NCBI RefSeq assembly: GCF_009834535.1
Contig: NC_045696.1
Coordinates: 92,816,001 to 92,880,000, forward strand
Length of the DNA: 64,000 nucleotides
Source of the DNA: Camelus ferus
Taxonomy: Eukaryota
Direction of reading: 5' to 3'
Positions 38,290-51,709 of the stretch are shown piece after piece (position 1 is the stretch's first letter; each line of letters opens with the position of its first letter). The translations under genes and the position numbers were made by a program. Under the pieces are notes generated by a model that saw only the letters and a program-made list of their open reading frames with translations, did no database searches and was not told the DNA's origin.

Positions 38290-38510
38290 ATAGTTTGATG
38301 TGGATGCTGGAATACTATTCCACCACTTCTTGGTTGTGTGACCTTGGGGAAATTACTTGGTTTATGCCCTGGTGTCCTCTGCTGTGACAGAAGGATAATG
38401 ATAGTACTACGCATAAGGTTATTTTGATTATTGAATGACTGGAAGCGTGTCAAGCTCTGTGAATAGTGTATTGTGAGTATATATTAACTGCTTGATAAAG
38501 TTTAGCTGTT
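38290..38510 (+). mobile_element. MIR SINE
   Basis: ccacttcttggttgtgtgaccttggggaaattactt...gataatgatagtacta. Confidence 0.8.
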
Positions 38511-39180
38511 CTTTTCTTTTTCTTATTAATGTTTTAACTATCCTTGGAACTGGAAAAAATCACACTTGATCCATTTTTTAATATGCCACCCTTCAACAGC
38601 TGGGGAGTTTTAGAATGAGTGGTTTTATTAAGATTTTTGGCTAATAGTGTTTAATAACTTCTTGGCTGGAAAAGCAGTTAGGTTTGTTTTTTGAGGGTTT
38701 AGTGTGAATTTTCAGGTGCCCTAAGTTTGAGTTTTGATGATAATCAAAACTGCCCCCAAATTTGACCACAGAATGTGTCAGTCATAGTTAGGGAATATGT
38801 GAGCTTACTATACAAATAGAAATACAAGGCAGTATAACATTTCTGACTATTTAAATCTAAAAACAAATCTATAAAGACAGCTTATAGGAAACATTGACTT
38901 GAATTCTCAAAAATTTTAACTAAAAAAAATAAATCTCAGTGCCAGTGGAATAATCTTAAAAAGTTTTTTGGTGTATGTGGTTTATGTTTTAGAATGAAAA
39001 TCAGTTTTAAGAATGTATTCCAAGAGCTGCACCTGCTGTGGGGTTTGAGTAGTTGTAGAAAGAGAAATTTATACTTACTGCAGAACCATTATGGTCCCCA
39101 TTTCAATACCTAACTTGTGCTCTGCCTCTCTTTAGCCAACTTAATAATTAGGTATATTTAGAAATGTACAAAGCCCCCAA

Positions 39181-39240
39181 TCTTAAGGTTTAGAAAGATG
39201 TCTTAAGGTTTAGACAGGTGTCTTCAGATTCAGAAAGATA
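39181..39240. repeat. 20-bp tandem repeat, 3 copies
   Basis: tcttaaggtttagaaagatg / tcttaaggtttagacaggtg / tcttcagattcagaaagata. Confidence 0.8.
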
Positions 39241-40952
39241 TTGTGAAATTAGCAAAAGTATCACTACCAAGTATTGGTTACTATATGTGATTACTATATG
39301 AATTCATGTGTTGACATTTACTTGGAGAGGCTTAGGAAAAGATCTGCAATCCTCAGGAAGGAATGTTAGAGATCACGCTGAAAGCAGTAGAATGATACTC
39401 TCCCTGGGCGATTCCAAAATACAGCAGTGTTAAATAATGGAAACTCTCTGGTGACTTAAATCTCTAATCCTAATGATTTAATTACCTACTCATGAAGAGT
39501 TAGACTAACAGTCTAAGAGTTCATTGTGCTGTGGTGACAAAGAATGAATTTTCGTGTAATGTTCAGAGATCTTACATTAAATGTAACCCTTCAAAGAGAA
39601 ATAGCCCATCTGTTTAACTTACCTCAGCAGGCAGTGTTACATATTAGCAACAGATACTTCCCTGGGACCATTGGCTGTCAAATTACCACAGAAAGCTTCT
39701 TGCTGAAGCTGGCTCCATTCAAACCCATTCTCAGCCAGGGTGGTGCTTATAAAGATGATTCCCAAACATGGGTCACTCTCTGCTTAAAGCCCTTCAGTGG
39801 CTCCCAGAGCCCTCAAAGGAAGCCTAGGCACCCTTTCTCTTTAATTCTTACTCTACCCTTCCTGCCCCATTTTATTATGCAGACATCTTGGATGTTGAGT
39901 CAGCTCAGGGAACCTCACTGGTGGCCAGGCTTCACAAGAGACTGGAGCTAGGAGCACAGGCTGCCCAGGATGCCCAGCTCTGATCTCCGTGACTCTCCCC
40001 ACCATCTGCCTCATTCTCTTAATTTTTGCAGATCGCCTTTCTTTGCTTTGGCATGCTAGGACACGGCTATTCCACAACTTCTGGTTTAGATCCCTCCTGT
40101 AAGTCATCAGCAGAGATAGAAACTGGTTTCTCAGGCCCTCCTGCAAGTTCCTGGGAAACTGAATCTGATGGGCAAGAGTAAGTTGGGCTGAGCTCCGGGG
40201 ATGGTCATGTGGATAGTATTGGCTGTGAAAGCAGGCTGCCATTTTGCAGGGTGGGAGTGTTCAAAGTGCTCCCAGGTGAAAACACAGGGAACTCTTTTAG
40301 ATACTCCACTTCTGATTTCCTGCCCCCTCAGATGTCTTCAGATAGACTCAGGCTTTTGTGTTTGGTATTAAGGACTGTGATTGCTTTGTACCTAGTTTAT
40401 TTATAGGGAGCTTAATGCCATCGAGAATTTTCCTTTTCAACTAGGTGGTATATCTGTGGTTTTTCAAATGTATTCATTTGCTTAATAAATATATACTAAT
40501 TATCTAGATTATTTAAAGTGCTATAATATAGAGATGGAATATAATCATGTGTCATTTAAAGTCTAATTTATTATTTTTTTTGTGGAAACTAATAGTATAT
40601 ATTTAAGCTGCATTATGTCCAGGGCTATAATCCTTTATTAATACCTTCTCCCAGATCTTGTTCCAATATTTTGGCAGGCAAACTCTTTAATCATTTGCCT
40701 GTACAGAAGCCTCTGATTTATTCAGAAATTTTACTCATTCTAGTTACGTGTATGAGAAAAGACATGTTGGAAAAATAGAAAAATTTCTCCTTTTTTTTTT
40801 TTGCAGATTTTGCAGAAAATAGAAATTTTCCAACAGCAATGATGCAGGACATTGAGTTTGAGATTAACCAAATAACAAGAGTTAGGTTTTGTATAGTCTA
40901 GGATGCTGGAGGCTTTATGATTATGAACATGGCAATTTGCCAAATCATTTCT

Positions 40953-41182
40953 TTTTTTTTTTTAACATTTTTTATTGATTTATAATCAATTTACAATGTT
41001 GTGTCAAATTCCAGTGTTCAGCACAATTTTTCAGTTATTCATGGACATATACACACTCATTGTCACATTTTTTTCTCTGTGAGTTATCATAACATTTTGT
41101 GCATATTTCCTTGTGCTATACAGTGTAGTCTATTCTACAATTTTGAAATCCCAGTCTATCCCTTCCTACCCTCCACCCCCCT
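40953..41182 (-). mobile_element. Young LINE-1 3' end
   Basis: Same subfamily signature as 19500-19740 (gtgtcaaattccagtg, ttttgaaatcccagtct); 12-bp TSD caaatcatttct 40941-40952 / 41183-41194. Confidence 0.9.
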
Positions 41183-43119
41183 CAAATCATTTCTAGAGTT
41201 GGAGGTAGCTCAAAGTTCAAGACTTCACAAACATTCACACGCAAAGAGGAAAATCAGAAAAATCGTAGCCTAAAGGTCCAAAATGAAGTCACGGCTGGCT
41301 GCTTGGGGAAAAAAAAGATGAACTTTGATGGCAAAGGCAGCTGTTCTTCCTGTCCAAAGTATAGGTCACAGAGTTGAAGAGAAATGGGGTTTTGCCTTTC
41401 CTATCAGGCTTAAATTTAGCTCTCTGTCAGAACTGGTACTGGTGGGAGAACTTGGGCATGGTTGAAGATACAGCGTTGGATTTTTAAAGCTCACTATGGA
41501 AACTGCTGAAGGGGTAATATCATGGGAGCATTTCTTGGAGTGGTATGGATGTAAAGCAGGAAACCCTTACAAAGAGACCTGTCAGTGAGCCTATTCGTTA
41601 AATATTTGAAATTGCCTTCGTAGTTAGGGAACATACTTGGACTTGCACTCTTAAAATTGAATACCTTAAAAAACTCATTTGTGCCGTGATAACCAATGGG
41701 AAGTAAATGAGGAAAAGCAAGCATAACCCACTGATAAATGCGATCAGATGTGCTGAAGCTCAGAATGATCTTTCGTCTCAGGCTTCAATTTGAGAATCAC
41801 TTTAGAATTCCTAACTGTTGAGCCTCTTGTTTCCTTCATGTCCTGGTTAGTGCTCTCAGGGATGTCAGAGAGCTTTTCATAAGAAGATGGTATGTTAATA
41901 ATTTCATAATAACACCATGCAATAGCCCAGTCTGAATACATTTTGAGACAGAATGTTATCTCTGCAGTTGGAGAGTTGAAAGATTGCTTTAAATCTACTG
42001 AATAAACATACTCAGGTAGATGGAGAGGTTCTTTGGTTATGAAAATGTGCTATTGCTGTATACTCATTATGGCAAAGGTAACCTCTTAATCTTCAATATT
42101 TACTCCAGGTCCGTCCTGTCCTTTATGGAGAGGTGCAAGAATTAACTTTTTGAGATTTCTATCTGAGAAAATAAATGTGATTAAGATGTGGGACTGTTTA
42201 CAAAACACACTTTCTGTAGCAGAAGAGCTAAAGTGCTAATTTAATGTAGGTGATTTTCTCATTTGAAGGAAAAAGTGATACGAACTTTGCATCCAGTCCT
42301 TATCGACAATGGCATTTTTGCTTATCCTAAGGACTTTTCTCATCTTGTGTTAGAACAGGACATAACATGTCTTCCCAGTATTGCTGGCCTGGTCAAATGC
42401 ATATACAGCTTTCTGCTATTCCCATTTTACTTGATGTGTCTGGGGGCTGGCCAAGGTTAAAGGTCTAGCCTCTTCTGGAACTGACTAGCCAACCAGGTAA
42501 TGGTCCCCTGACCTAGGGCTCATTAGTCCTAGCCATTTTTATTTTTTAACACAATTTTTACATTCAAGTACATTTTACAATGTTCAGACCACAAATTTAG
42601 CTCTCAAAGTTCTAGACCTTAATCAGGTTGGTGGAAACAGCTGGCTGAGATTTGTTATGACAATTAAAGGTAAAATTTTAGTTGTTTATTCTGTAACACT
42701 TAAACTAAAGTTAGAGAAATTGCATGGGGCATTCTCTGTTGAATGATTTTGTTTTTTCAATTTTCAGACCATCATGGGCTCTTAATTTTATAAATATGAT
42801 AGTAATCAATTACTAAAAATAAAAACCAACACATAAAAAAGACCAGTTCCAAATTTTTATTAGATTTAACAGATATAAAATCAATTTGTCAAATGTTATA
42901 AAAGTATCTAAATTCTTCCAGTTTCTGCACTTAGCTCATTTTGGACCCAGCACAACCAGTTTGGGGACTAGCATGGGTCCTGGGTTTAGCCTTTGAGACA
43001 TTAAGTCTAACTATTCAGTTGAAGTTGAAAAAGTTACATACATCCCACCTAGATGTGCCTGTTTAAGAAATTTCTAGGAATTATATCTTGATTTAAATTT
43101 GTTATATTAATATTGCCTA

Positions 43120-43555
43120 ACACAACAACTTCCTTTTTTTTAACGGAAATTAATCCTATTCAAGGGAAGTGTGAACATATGCCCAGTCTGGGTGCATCTT
43201 GATCAAATTGGTTATTCCAGTTTCCTCTGAATAATTGGTCATAGGTAGGGACATGTGACACAATTCTGGCCAATTAGATGTGAGGAACATCAGGGTATTT
43301 CTGAGAAAGCTTCCTGTCTTATTAAAAATGATTCAGTGGAATAAGGGGACATGATACCTGGAGCTGCTATTACATACTTGGTAATCTATCAGTTTAGGAG
43401 GAAACTTGGAATTTATAATGAATTATTGAATTCTAAAGAAACTAACCATGTTACTACCTTTCAAACTTACTATGTGGGATTAAGAAAACTCCTCTGTATT
43501 GTTTAAGCAATTGGTAGTTGGTCTTTCTCTTACTTGCAGCCCAAAGCACCTAAAC
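43120..43555 (+). mobile_element. MaLR LTR (MLT1K/L-like), degenerate
   Basis: catgtgacacaattctggccaattagatgtgagg; terminus ttacttgcagcccaaagcacctaaaca. Confidence 0.7.
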
Positions 43556-44204
43556 AGTATGTTAGGTAGGATTCGTTCAATGCAAGTATTTTAATAATGA
43601 GTTCAATTTTTAAGAAAAAGCAAAAATTGATTAGATGTTCAAAAATCAGTTTTCCAAGTAGTGCTCTACCCCTAGGACTGTTTTTTCCTCTGGTGGCAGC
43701 TTCTAGGCTTGCAGGCACAAAGCCTCAAACGACCAAATAGATCTCTGTAGGATTTACTCTGCAAACCAGACGTTTCTGCAGCAGCACATGTCATAAGAAC
43801 AAGATGCACCGCAGCTGATGTTGTTGCTTTGGGATAAGATAGGGCATTTCTAATCTTCAGAGGGAATAGGTTAGAATCAAGTCTTAATCTTTTGTTCTGA
43901 GTGTTGAAGGAAAGTGTGCAGTGTACATGGTGCTCTGAGAGCAAGCTCAAGGATTTGGATTATCAAAGACTGCTGGAATCTTTGACTGAAGGGTTGCATT
44001 TTTCCCCCCCTGGACACTCTGCTCTCGGCCTTTAAAGTTTACTGAAATGCCCAGATGGAGAAAGATAAAAGCTGTACAGCTTGAGAAATACCTATGTTTA
44101 AAAAGAGCTATGACCAGGCATCTTGGAAGTTGGAGTGTTCAAAAAGTGGTAATAGAGCTGGAAGATTTTAATTTTTAAAATTATGAAATGAATGGCACTT
44201 CAAG

Positions 44205-44395
44205 AGTCTCTGACATTATTGTGCGGCAAGTACTGTTCTAAGCACTTTTCCTAATGCGTTTAATCCTCACAACAGGCCCACAAAACAGATACCATTATCA
44301 TGCCCTTTTATAGTGAAGGCAGTGATTGCAGGGAACTTAAGTAACTTGCCCAAGGGCCACAGCCTCCACAGTCCTTGCTTTTACTATTGAACTAC
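44205..44395 (-). mobile_element. MIR SINE
   Basis: actgttctaagcacttt...tttaatcctcacaaca...taagtaacttgcccaagggccacagc. Confidence 0.82.
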
Positions 44396-45590
44396 CCTCT
44401 CTCCATGCGGCATATTTCAACTGTACAGACAAGCACAGAAATGGTTTAAGACTCACTTGGATATGCAGTGCTCCACTCTGTCATTTAAAGAGACTCAATG
44501 TTTACAGACGTAGTTGGTCCTTGAGCGTCTCTCCCTGCTCCTCCCCTCCCCTCCCTTTCTGTGATCTTTCTTTTTCTCTGTCACGAAGTTTGATTCCGTT
44601 CTTGGTAGAGGGGCTGAGTCGGCTTGCTCATACCTTCTGGGCCCTGCTTACTCAATTAAGCAGCAGTTCTGAAAGTGATTGAAAGTAGTTTTCTCGAGAC
44701 TCTTTTCTGGAGCCCAAAGCCCACCTCAGCTCTGCCTCCTGGGCAGAAAGCCCATACAGAGTGCCTTCTTTTAGCCTTCATTTAGTCCTCATTTTCCTGC
44801 CAGTGCCCAGTCACACCCCACTGCCCACTGTTGGTCCTGGTGACCTACTGCCCCACCGTTTCGGCCTCTCTCACCACCATGAGTCTTATGGGAAAGGAGG
44901 AAGGGTGCTGCCACTATTGACCTCGTGGTTTGGGGGGAAACAGGTTCATCTTTTTCAGTGCTACCCTGGACAGTGCGTATTTCCTGCTTGCCAGGCATCT
45001 GTAGGCGGCACAAGTGCGCGCTGTTTGCCTCTGCTTACAGCGCAGATACAGCATACTAGCACAACACGGTGCTGGGTTTCTGGGTGGGAGGGGAAGATGG
45101 CCAGCCTCTTTGACTTACTGTACATCCCTTTTCTGGCCATGAATGTCCTATTTTCTCTGAGCTGTTTGGCTTCCAAGGAATTAGGTTGATTGTTTCTGAA
45201 GGATTTGTGAAATTACTTTAAGAGTTAATTTGATAATGAAATGCAAATTTCCTACCGCCCTATGGTGATAAGCAGTAGAATGTTACAGGGCTGCTGAAGG
45301 CTTAGTTGTTAATATGGTTAGACAACTCAAAGGAATTTGGAGAGGTCACGGACTTCAGCCCATAACCCCTAAATGTATGTTTACCTTAAGTTAAAGAATG
45401 GTTTGAGTTAAGAACAGATCAGCATGGAGTTTCTGCCTTAATTTAGCCTTGATTTAGTCACCAACTATTTATAGACTGTTTGCTGACAGGTATGGGGGGA
45501 TATAGCACTAATAATAACAGATAAAAATTCTTAACCTCATGAAACTTACATTGTAGTGGGAGAGACAGGCAATAAATAAAACAAGTAAGG

Positions 45591-48365
45591 GTTTTTTTTG
45601 CATTCTTTTTTATCAGAGTAAAGTCAGTTTACAATGTTATATCAATTTCTGGTGTACAGCATCATGTTTCAGTCATACGTATACATATATATATTTGTTT
45701 ATATATTCCTTGTCATTGTAGGTTACTACAAGATATTGAATATAGTTCCCTGTGTTATACAGTATAAATTCGTTTATCTATTTTATAAATAGTAGTTAGT
45801 ATCCGCAAATCTCGAACTCCCAATTTATCCCCTCCCACCCCCTTCCCCCTCTAGTAACCCTAAATTTGTTCTCTATGTCTGTGAGTCTCTGTTTTGTCAA
45901 TAAGTTCATTTGTGTCTTTATTTTAGATTCCACATATAAGCAATACCATATGGTGTTTTTCTTTCTTGTCCTGGCTTACTTCACTTTGAATGATGATCTC
46001 CAGGCCCATCCATGTTGCTGGAAATGGCATTATTTAATTCATTTTTATTGCTGAATAGTATTCCATTGTATTTATATATACCACATCTTCTTTATCCAGT
46101 CATCTGTCAATGGACATTTAGGTTGCTTCCATGTCTTGGATATTGTAAATAGTGCTGCTATGAACATTGGAGTACATGTATCTTTTTCAAAGGTCCATAG
46201 TTTACATTAGTGTTCACTCTTGGTGGTATACATTCTGTGGGTTTGGACAAATGTATAATGACATGTATCCACCATTAGATTTGAATTAAGGTTTCCTCTG
46301 GATATATGCCCAGGAGTGGGATTACTGAATCATATACTAAGTCTATTTTTAGTTTTTTAAGGAACCTCCATACTGTCCTCGAGAGTGGCTGCACCAATTT
46401 ACATTCTCATCAACAGTGTAGGAGGATTCTTTTTCCCAACATCCCCTCCAGCATTTATTATTTGTAGACTTTTTAATGATGGACATTCTGACTGGTGAGA
46501 GTTGATACCTCATTGTAGTTTTGATTTGCATTTCTCTAACAATCAGTGATGTTGAGTGTTTTTCATATGCCTATTGGCCATCTGGATGTCTTCTTTGGAG
46601 AGATGTCTATTTAGGTCTTCTGCCCATTTTTTGATTTTCTTTTTTAATATTAAGCTGTATGAGCTGTTTGTATATTTTGGAAATTAGTCCCTTGTTGGTA
46701 GCATAATTTGAAAATATTTTCTCCCATTCTGTCGGTTGTCTTTTCATTTTGTTGATGGTATCCTTAGCTGTGCAAAAGCCTTTAAGTTTAATTAGGTCCC
46801 ATTTATTTCTTTTTGCTTTTGTTTCCATTACTCTAGGAGCTGGTTTGAAAAAAATATTGCTGCAATTTATGTCAAAGAGTGTTCTGCCTATTTTTAATTC
46901 TAGGAGTTTTATAGTATCCGGTCTTACATTTAGGTGTTTAATCCACTTTGAATTTATTTTTGTATATGTTAGAGAATTCTCTAATTTAATTATTTTACAT
47001 GGAGCTGTCCAGTTTCCCCAGCACCACATATTGAAGAGACTACCTTTTCTCCACTGTGTATTCTTGCCTCCTTTATCATAGATTGATAATAAGTGCATGG
47101 GTTTATTTCTGGACTTTCTATCCTGTTTCATTGATCTATGTGTCTGCCTTTGTGCCAGTATCATATTGTTTTGATTACTGTTGCTTTGTAGTATAGTCTG
47201 AGGTTAGGGAGTGTGATTCCTCTAGCTCCTTTTTTCTTTCTCCAGCTTGTTTTAGCTATTTGGAGTCTTTTGTGTTTCCATACAGATTTTAACATTGTTT
47301 GTTCCAGCTCTGTGAAAAATGTCATTGGTAATTTGATAGGGATTGCACTGAATCTGTATATTGCCTTGGGTATTAAGGCCATTCTAACAATATTGATTCT
47401 TCCAGTTCAAGAACACGTATATCTTTCTGTCTGTTTGTGTTGTCTTCAATTTCTTTCATCAGTATCTTACAGTTTTTGGAGTACAGGTCCTTTGCCTCCT
47501 TAGGTGGGTTTATTCCTAGGCATTTTATTTTTTTTGATGTGATGGTAAATGATATTGTTTCCTTAATTTTTCTGAAATTTTGTTGTTATTGTATAGAAAT
47601 GCAACCAATTTCTGTATATTAATTTTGTATCATGTAATTTTACCAAATTCATTGATGAGCTCTAGTAGTTTTCTGGTAATGTCTTTAGGATTTTCTATGT
47701 ATAGAATGTCATCTGCAAACAGTGACAGTTTTACTTCTTTTCCAATTTGGATTCCTTTTATTTCTTTTTCTTCTCTGATTGCTTTGACTAGGACTTCCAA
47801 AATTATGTTGACTAAAAGTGGTGAGAGTGGGCATCTTTGCTATGTTCCTGATCTTAAAGAAATGCTTTCAGCTTTTCACTATTGAGTATGATGTTAGCTG
47901 TGGGTTTGTCATATATGGCCTTTATTATGTTGAGGTATGTTCCCTCTGTGCCCACTTTCTGGAGAGTTTTTATCATAAATGGATGTTGAATTTTATCAAA
48001 AGCTTTTTCTGCATCTATTGAGATGATCAGATGGTTTTTATTCTTCAGTCTGTTAATGTGGTGTGACACATTAATTAATTTGTGAATATTGAAAAATCCT
48101 TGCATCCCTGGGGTAGATCCCACTTGATCATGTTATGTGATCCTTTTAATGCATTGTTGGAGTCGATTTGCTAGTATTTTGTTGAGGATTTTTGCACTTA
48201 TATTTATAAGTGATACTGGCCTGTAATTTTCTTTCTTTTTTTTTTTTTTTTGTGATACCAAAACCAGACAAAGGTAGTTTTGATTTTGATTTGCATTTCT
48301 CTGATAATTAGTGAGCATTTTTTCCTGTGCCTATTGGCCATTTGTATGTCTTCACTGGAGAAATG
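45591..48365 (-). mobile_element. LINE-1, 5'-truncated ~2.8 kb (RT region to 3'UTR), ORF2 disrupted, rearranged 5' junction
   Basis: Peptides [45 protein letters not shown] on -; 14-bp TSD taaaacaagtaagg 45577-45590 / 48366-48379. Confidence 0.93.
46188..46279 (-). mobile_element. L1MC-like 3'UTR fragment embedded in the younger L1
   Basis: gtccatagtttacattagtgttcactcttggtggtatacattctgtgggtttggacaaatgtataatgacatgtatccaccatt resembles recalled L1MC1-3 3'UTR and interrupts the host at catgtatcttttt|tgaatta. Confidence 0.75.
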
Positions 48366-50576
48366 TAAAACAAGTAAGGTTATGACATTTAAAATACACA
48401 GCATCTTAGAGCATTTCCATTTTTGGACTATGATATATTTGGGAAGGTGGGCATCTGGATAGTAGGTAACATAAGAGGGAGCTGTAGTCCCCCTCCACCC
48501 TCAAGGGTGACCCTCTTCATGTTCCACTGCAGCTCCTGCCCCTTCTCCCCTCCAGCCTTGTCAATAATACTGACCGTTGGGTAAAGGGAGATAAGAGTTC
48601 TTGACACTCAATGGAGGGGAAACACTCAGTCATAAATAACGCTTTATGGTAGCTCCTTGTCATCATTGGCAGTGTTAGCAGTGGAAGTGAAAGTGACTTT
48701 TCTTTTCCAGGAAAGAATTTTGATGTGTTTCCAAGTGGGATGGGACAAGGAGGTCAGCCTAGGCATCTGGCCAGTTAGAAACGAGCTTTTTATTAAGACC
48801 ACAAATTCAAATGGGGATTGGTCAGGGCATTCACATTTAGGGAAACATTCATAGTAATATCAGTCATGTGCAGAGTGTCCTTTAGTTTCCTAAGAAGATC
48901 CCCATAAATCAGATAAAAACTTGAAGAACATCTTCCTTTCCCTCCTTCCTTCCTCCCTTTTTCTGTCTCTCCTTCCCTGCCTTTCTCATTTTAAATAAAC
49001 TGCACCAGGGAATTTTTTTTTCTTTTATAAGATCTTCCTTTAAGCAGAGTCCTTAGAAATCTCTTTTGATCAAGCATTTTAAAGTGCCTACATGGGCACG
49101 GCTTCATAGAGACATGGTTAAATTGACTTAGGCCTAGGCATTTCAGAATACAGATGAGAAAGGCAGGAAATTGTATTATGAGAACTACAGTTTGGACTGG
49201 GGAATATTTGGTCTCCAGCGATACACTGCTTTCCAGCTGATTTGTTTATGGATCTGATGATGGCTCTAGATGGTAACAGATACTTGATCCAGTTGCCCTG
49301 AGTAATTCCAAATTCTGGACGAGAGCACAGTAATTGATTTAAAGGAGAGGTGGCTTTTTTTTTGTTTTGAGAGAGATGTAGGGAATAGTGTGTGCTATGG
49401 TGAGTTGAAATGGGATACCTAATAACTCCATGTTAACTAGTTTTGTGGGGTTTCCACTTGCAGCTTTTTGGTAGCTGGAATATTTCTGTCACTAAGAAGA
49501 GCTCTTTTCAACACAGTAACCACCATTTGCTGATACGGCCCTCTCAAGCCACATCCACCATCTGACAGAGCTGATGGGCACTGTGAAATTACTGAAAGCT
49601 GCTTTAGATGAGTCAGGCCGGCTCAAGGAGCTTACATTTCAAGAGCAGAAGGATGGGTACATTGGTTGGAAATATGATTCCAGTTAAATGAACCCTGTTT
49701 ATTTTTGTGTTCCTGAGTGGAGTACTTAAAAACAAAGAAGAGTCTTTCTGGCTATTTGTTCCTCTAGAACGGACGTGTTCAAATGGCCAATAGTGCTGAT
49801 TGTTTCCTAAAAACTGACAGATGCTTTTGCATTATTCATCAAAAGTTTTTTTCTATCATTAGAATCACGCTGCTTTCACAGTGCTGCAAATGTTTTCTGA
49901 GATTTAAAGAAGATGGAGGCCTCATTGGTGCTTTTTTATCTTTTGGATCTGGATTGTGGGGATAAACTCTGATGTCTGAATTGCCTGGTTCTGCTAGAGG
50001 AAAAGAATTTCTGATGACAGCACTTAGTAGCAATTGGAATGCTGAGTCAGCTGCAAAAATTCAAAATAGCATACAGACTGGGAATAATTTTCCTGTGAAT
50101 AGATCCTTAGGGAAGCAGCCTTATGGGGTGAGGGTCTGTAGGTTGTTGAATCCCATACTGAATGTTGTGACCCAGGGCAGGGTGAACAGGTGTCCTGGGA
50201 AGGCTTGTGCATCTCCTGGGTTTTGACGTATACTGTTGCCTCAGTGCTTTTTGTTTATTTGTTTTTTCCAACTGAAGTCCTAGCTTCTGGTGCATGCATT
50301 ATGTTTAAACATAGTGTACCTTGAACTTGGCAGTGATGCTAGCACGACATTGGTGCTGATACAATCACTTAACATGCAAGAGTGTCGTCCCGTTTTTAAG
50401 CGGGATTTGTTGATTAGTTTGTTGATTGTTTTGTGGTTTGTTTGTTGGGCATTTACTGTGGGTCTAATGCTTTGCTTTTGTGACTTGATCAAAATAACCA
50501 GAATTGTTTTCTATCCTATGTTTTGCTGTGGCTCTAAGTCAGGCAAATGTCACTTAAATATGGATCAGTGAAATTT

Positions 50577-50717
50577 CTTTTCTTTTTTTTTTTTTTTTGG
50601 TGGGGGGAGGTAATTAAGTTTATATATTTATTCTTAGAGGAGGTACTGCGGAATTGAACCCAGAACCTCATGCATGCTAAGCATGTGCTCTACCACTGAG
50701 CTATATTCTCCCTGCCC
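50577..50717 (-). mobile_element. tRNA-Ala-derived SINE (camelid Vic-1 type)
   Basis: Minus strand tagctcagtggtagagcacatgcttagcatgcatgaggttctgggttcaattcc + A-tail; 16-bp TSD tggatcagtgaaattt 50561-50576 / 50718-50733. Confidence 0.88.
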
Positions 50718-51709
50718 TGGATCAGTGAAATTTTTAATAATAAATTTGGATCAAGCTTTAGGATTAGGATAAATGAGTTTAAAGAAAAAGGCAGATAGGT
50801 TTCCCTTCAAAATTAAAAATTTAAAGTAGCTTTTGTGGTAACTGGGAAAGAATATTTTAAATGCTAAAATTGTCCTCCATCACATGAAAGCATTTTAGTA
50901 TTTTTAAAATTTTCAAATCTCTTTTTCAGCTTTTGTTGCATATGGTCAAGTAGCATATTAGGTAATTTTAAAAAAAGTTATTTTTTATTTTAAAAATGTT
51001 GCTTGTTAACTGCAGAAAATGGAAACCACACAAGAAAATGAAGAAGATTATGAATCATCTGGAACCCTGTAATCCAGAAACCACTGTAGTTGGCATCTTG
51101 GTATAAAGCCTTCTAGTCTTTTCTCCTTTTCCTACGATGCATGGTATACAAATGTAATGTTAGAACCTTACCTTTGTGTGACTCAGTACAGTGCAGGAGT
51201 CAGAAAAAAAGCAAATGTAGGTGGTGGATACCAGATGAGGGGCTGAATCACCACAAAAACTGAAAGGATCTATAAAAATGCTGCCTCATCTATAATACGG
51301 TGAAATCTCACAGACAGCTTATGAACTGCTTTAGGAAGTTTCCTTATATTGAACTTGGAGTTCTGGGAGAATAAAATATTTTGAATGAATGAATTCTCCT
51401 GCCAGCTAGGTGACTCTGCTGTACTCTGAAAGGTCTAATGAAACACTTTCAAATCATATTCTTCACTATTAGCAGACACAACAACACATTGATTGCCACT
51501 TAAGTTAATAGTTAGCATGTCTCACCATTTGTATTGACGCTTAGTCAAACCTTAGATTTAAATGCTAAAAAAAAAAAACCAGTGTTCCTATGATAAACAA
51601 ATCAACCCCCAGGTTTTTTTTTTTTTTTCTCCATAAAATATTCTTTATTTTTCATGGCAACAGAAAAGAGTTGGGGATCTCTTTTAGGTCTGTTCACCGG
51701 GAACCACAA

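Noticed and set aside
42700..43000. Possible hAT/Charlie DNA transposon remnant
   Set aside because: AT-rich with only a vague resemblance; no terminal repeats or family could be identified
44954..44977. REST/RE1-like site ttcagtgctaccctggacagtgcg
   Set aside because: Right half-site is plausible but the left half and spacing deviate from TTCAGCACCnnGGACAG; not supportable without ChIP data
45591..48365. Retrotransposition-competent L1 or domesticated reverse transcriptase
   Set aside because: Lacks 5'UTR, ORF1 and endonuclease; ORF2 is split across frames by stops and frameshifts
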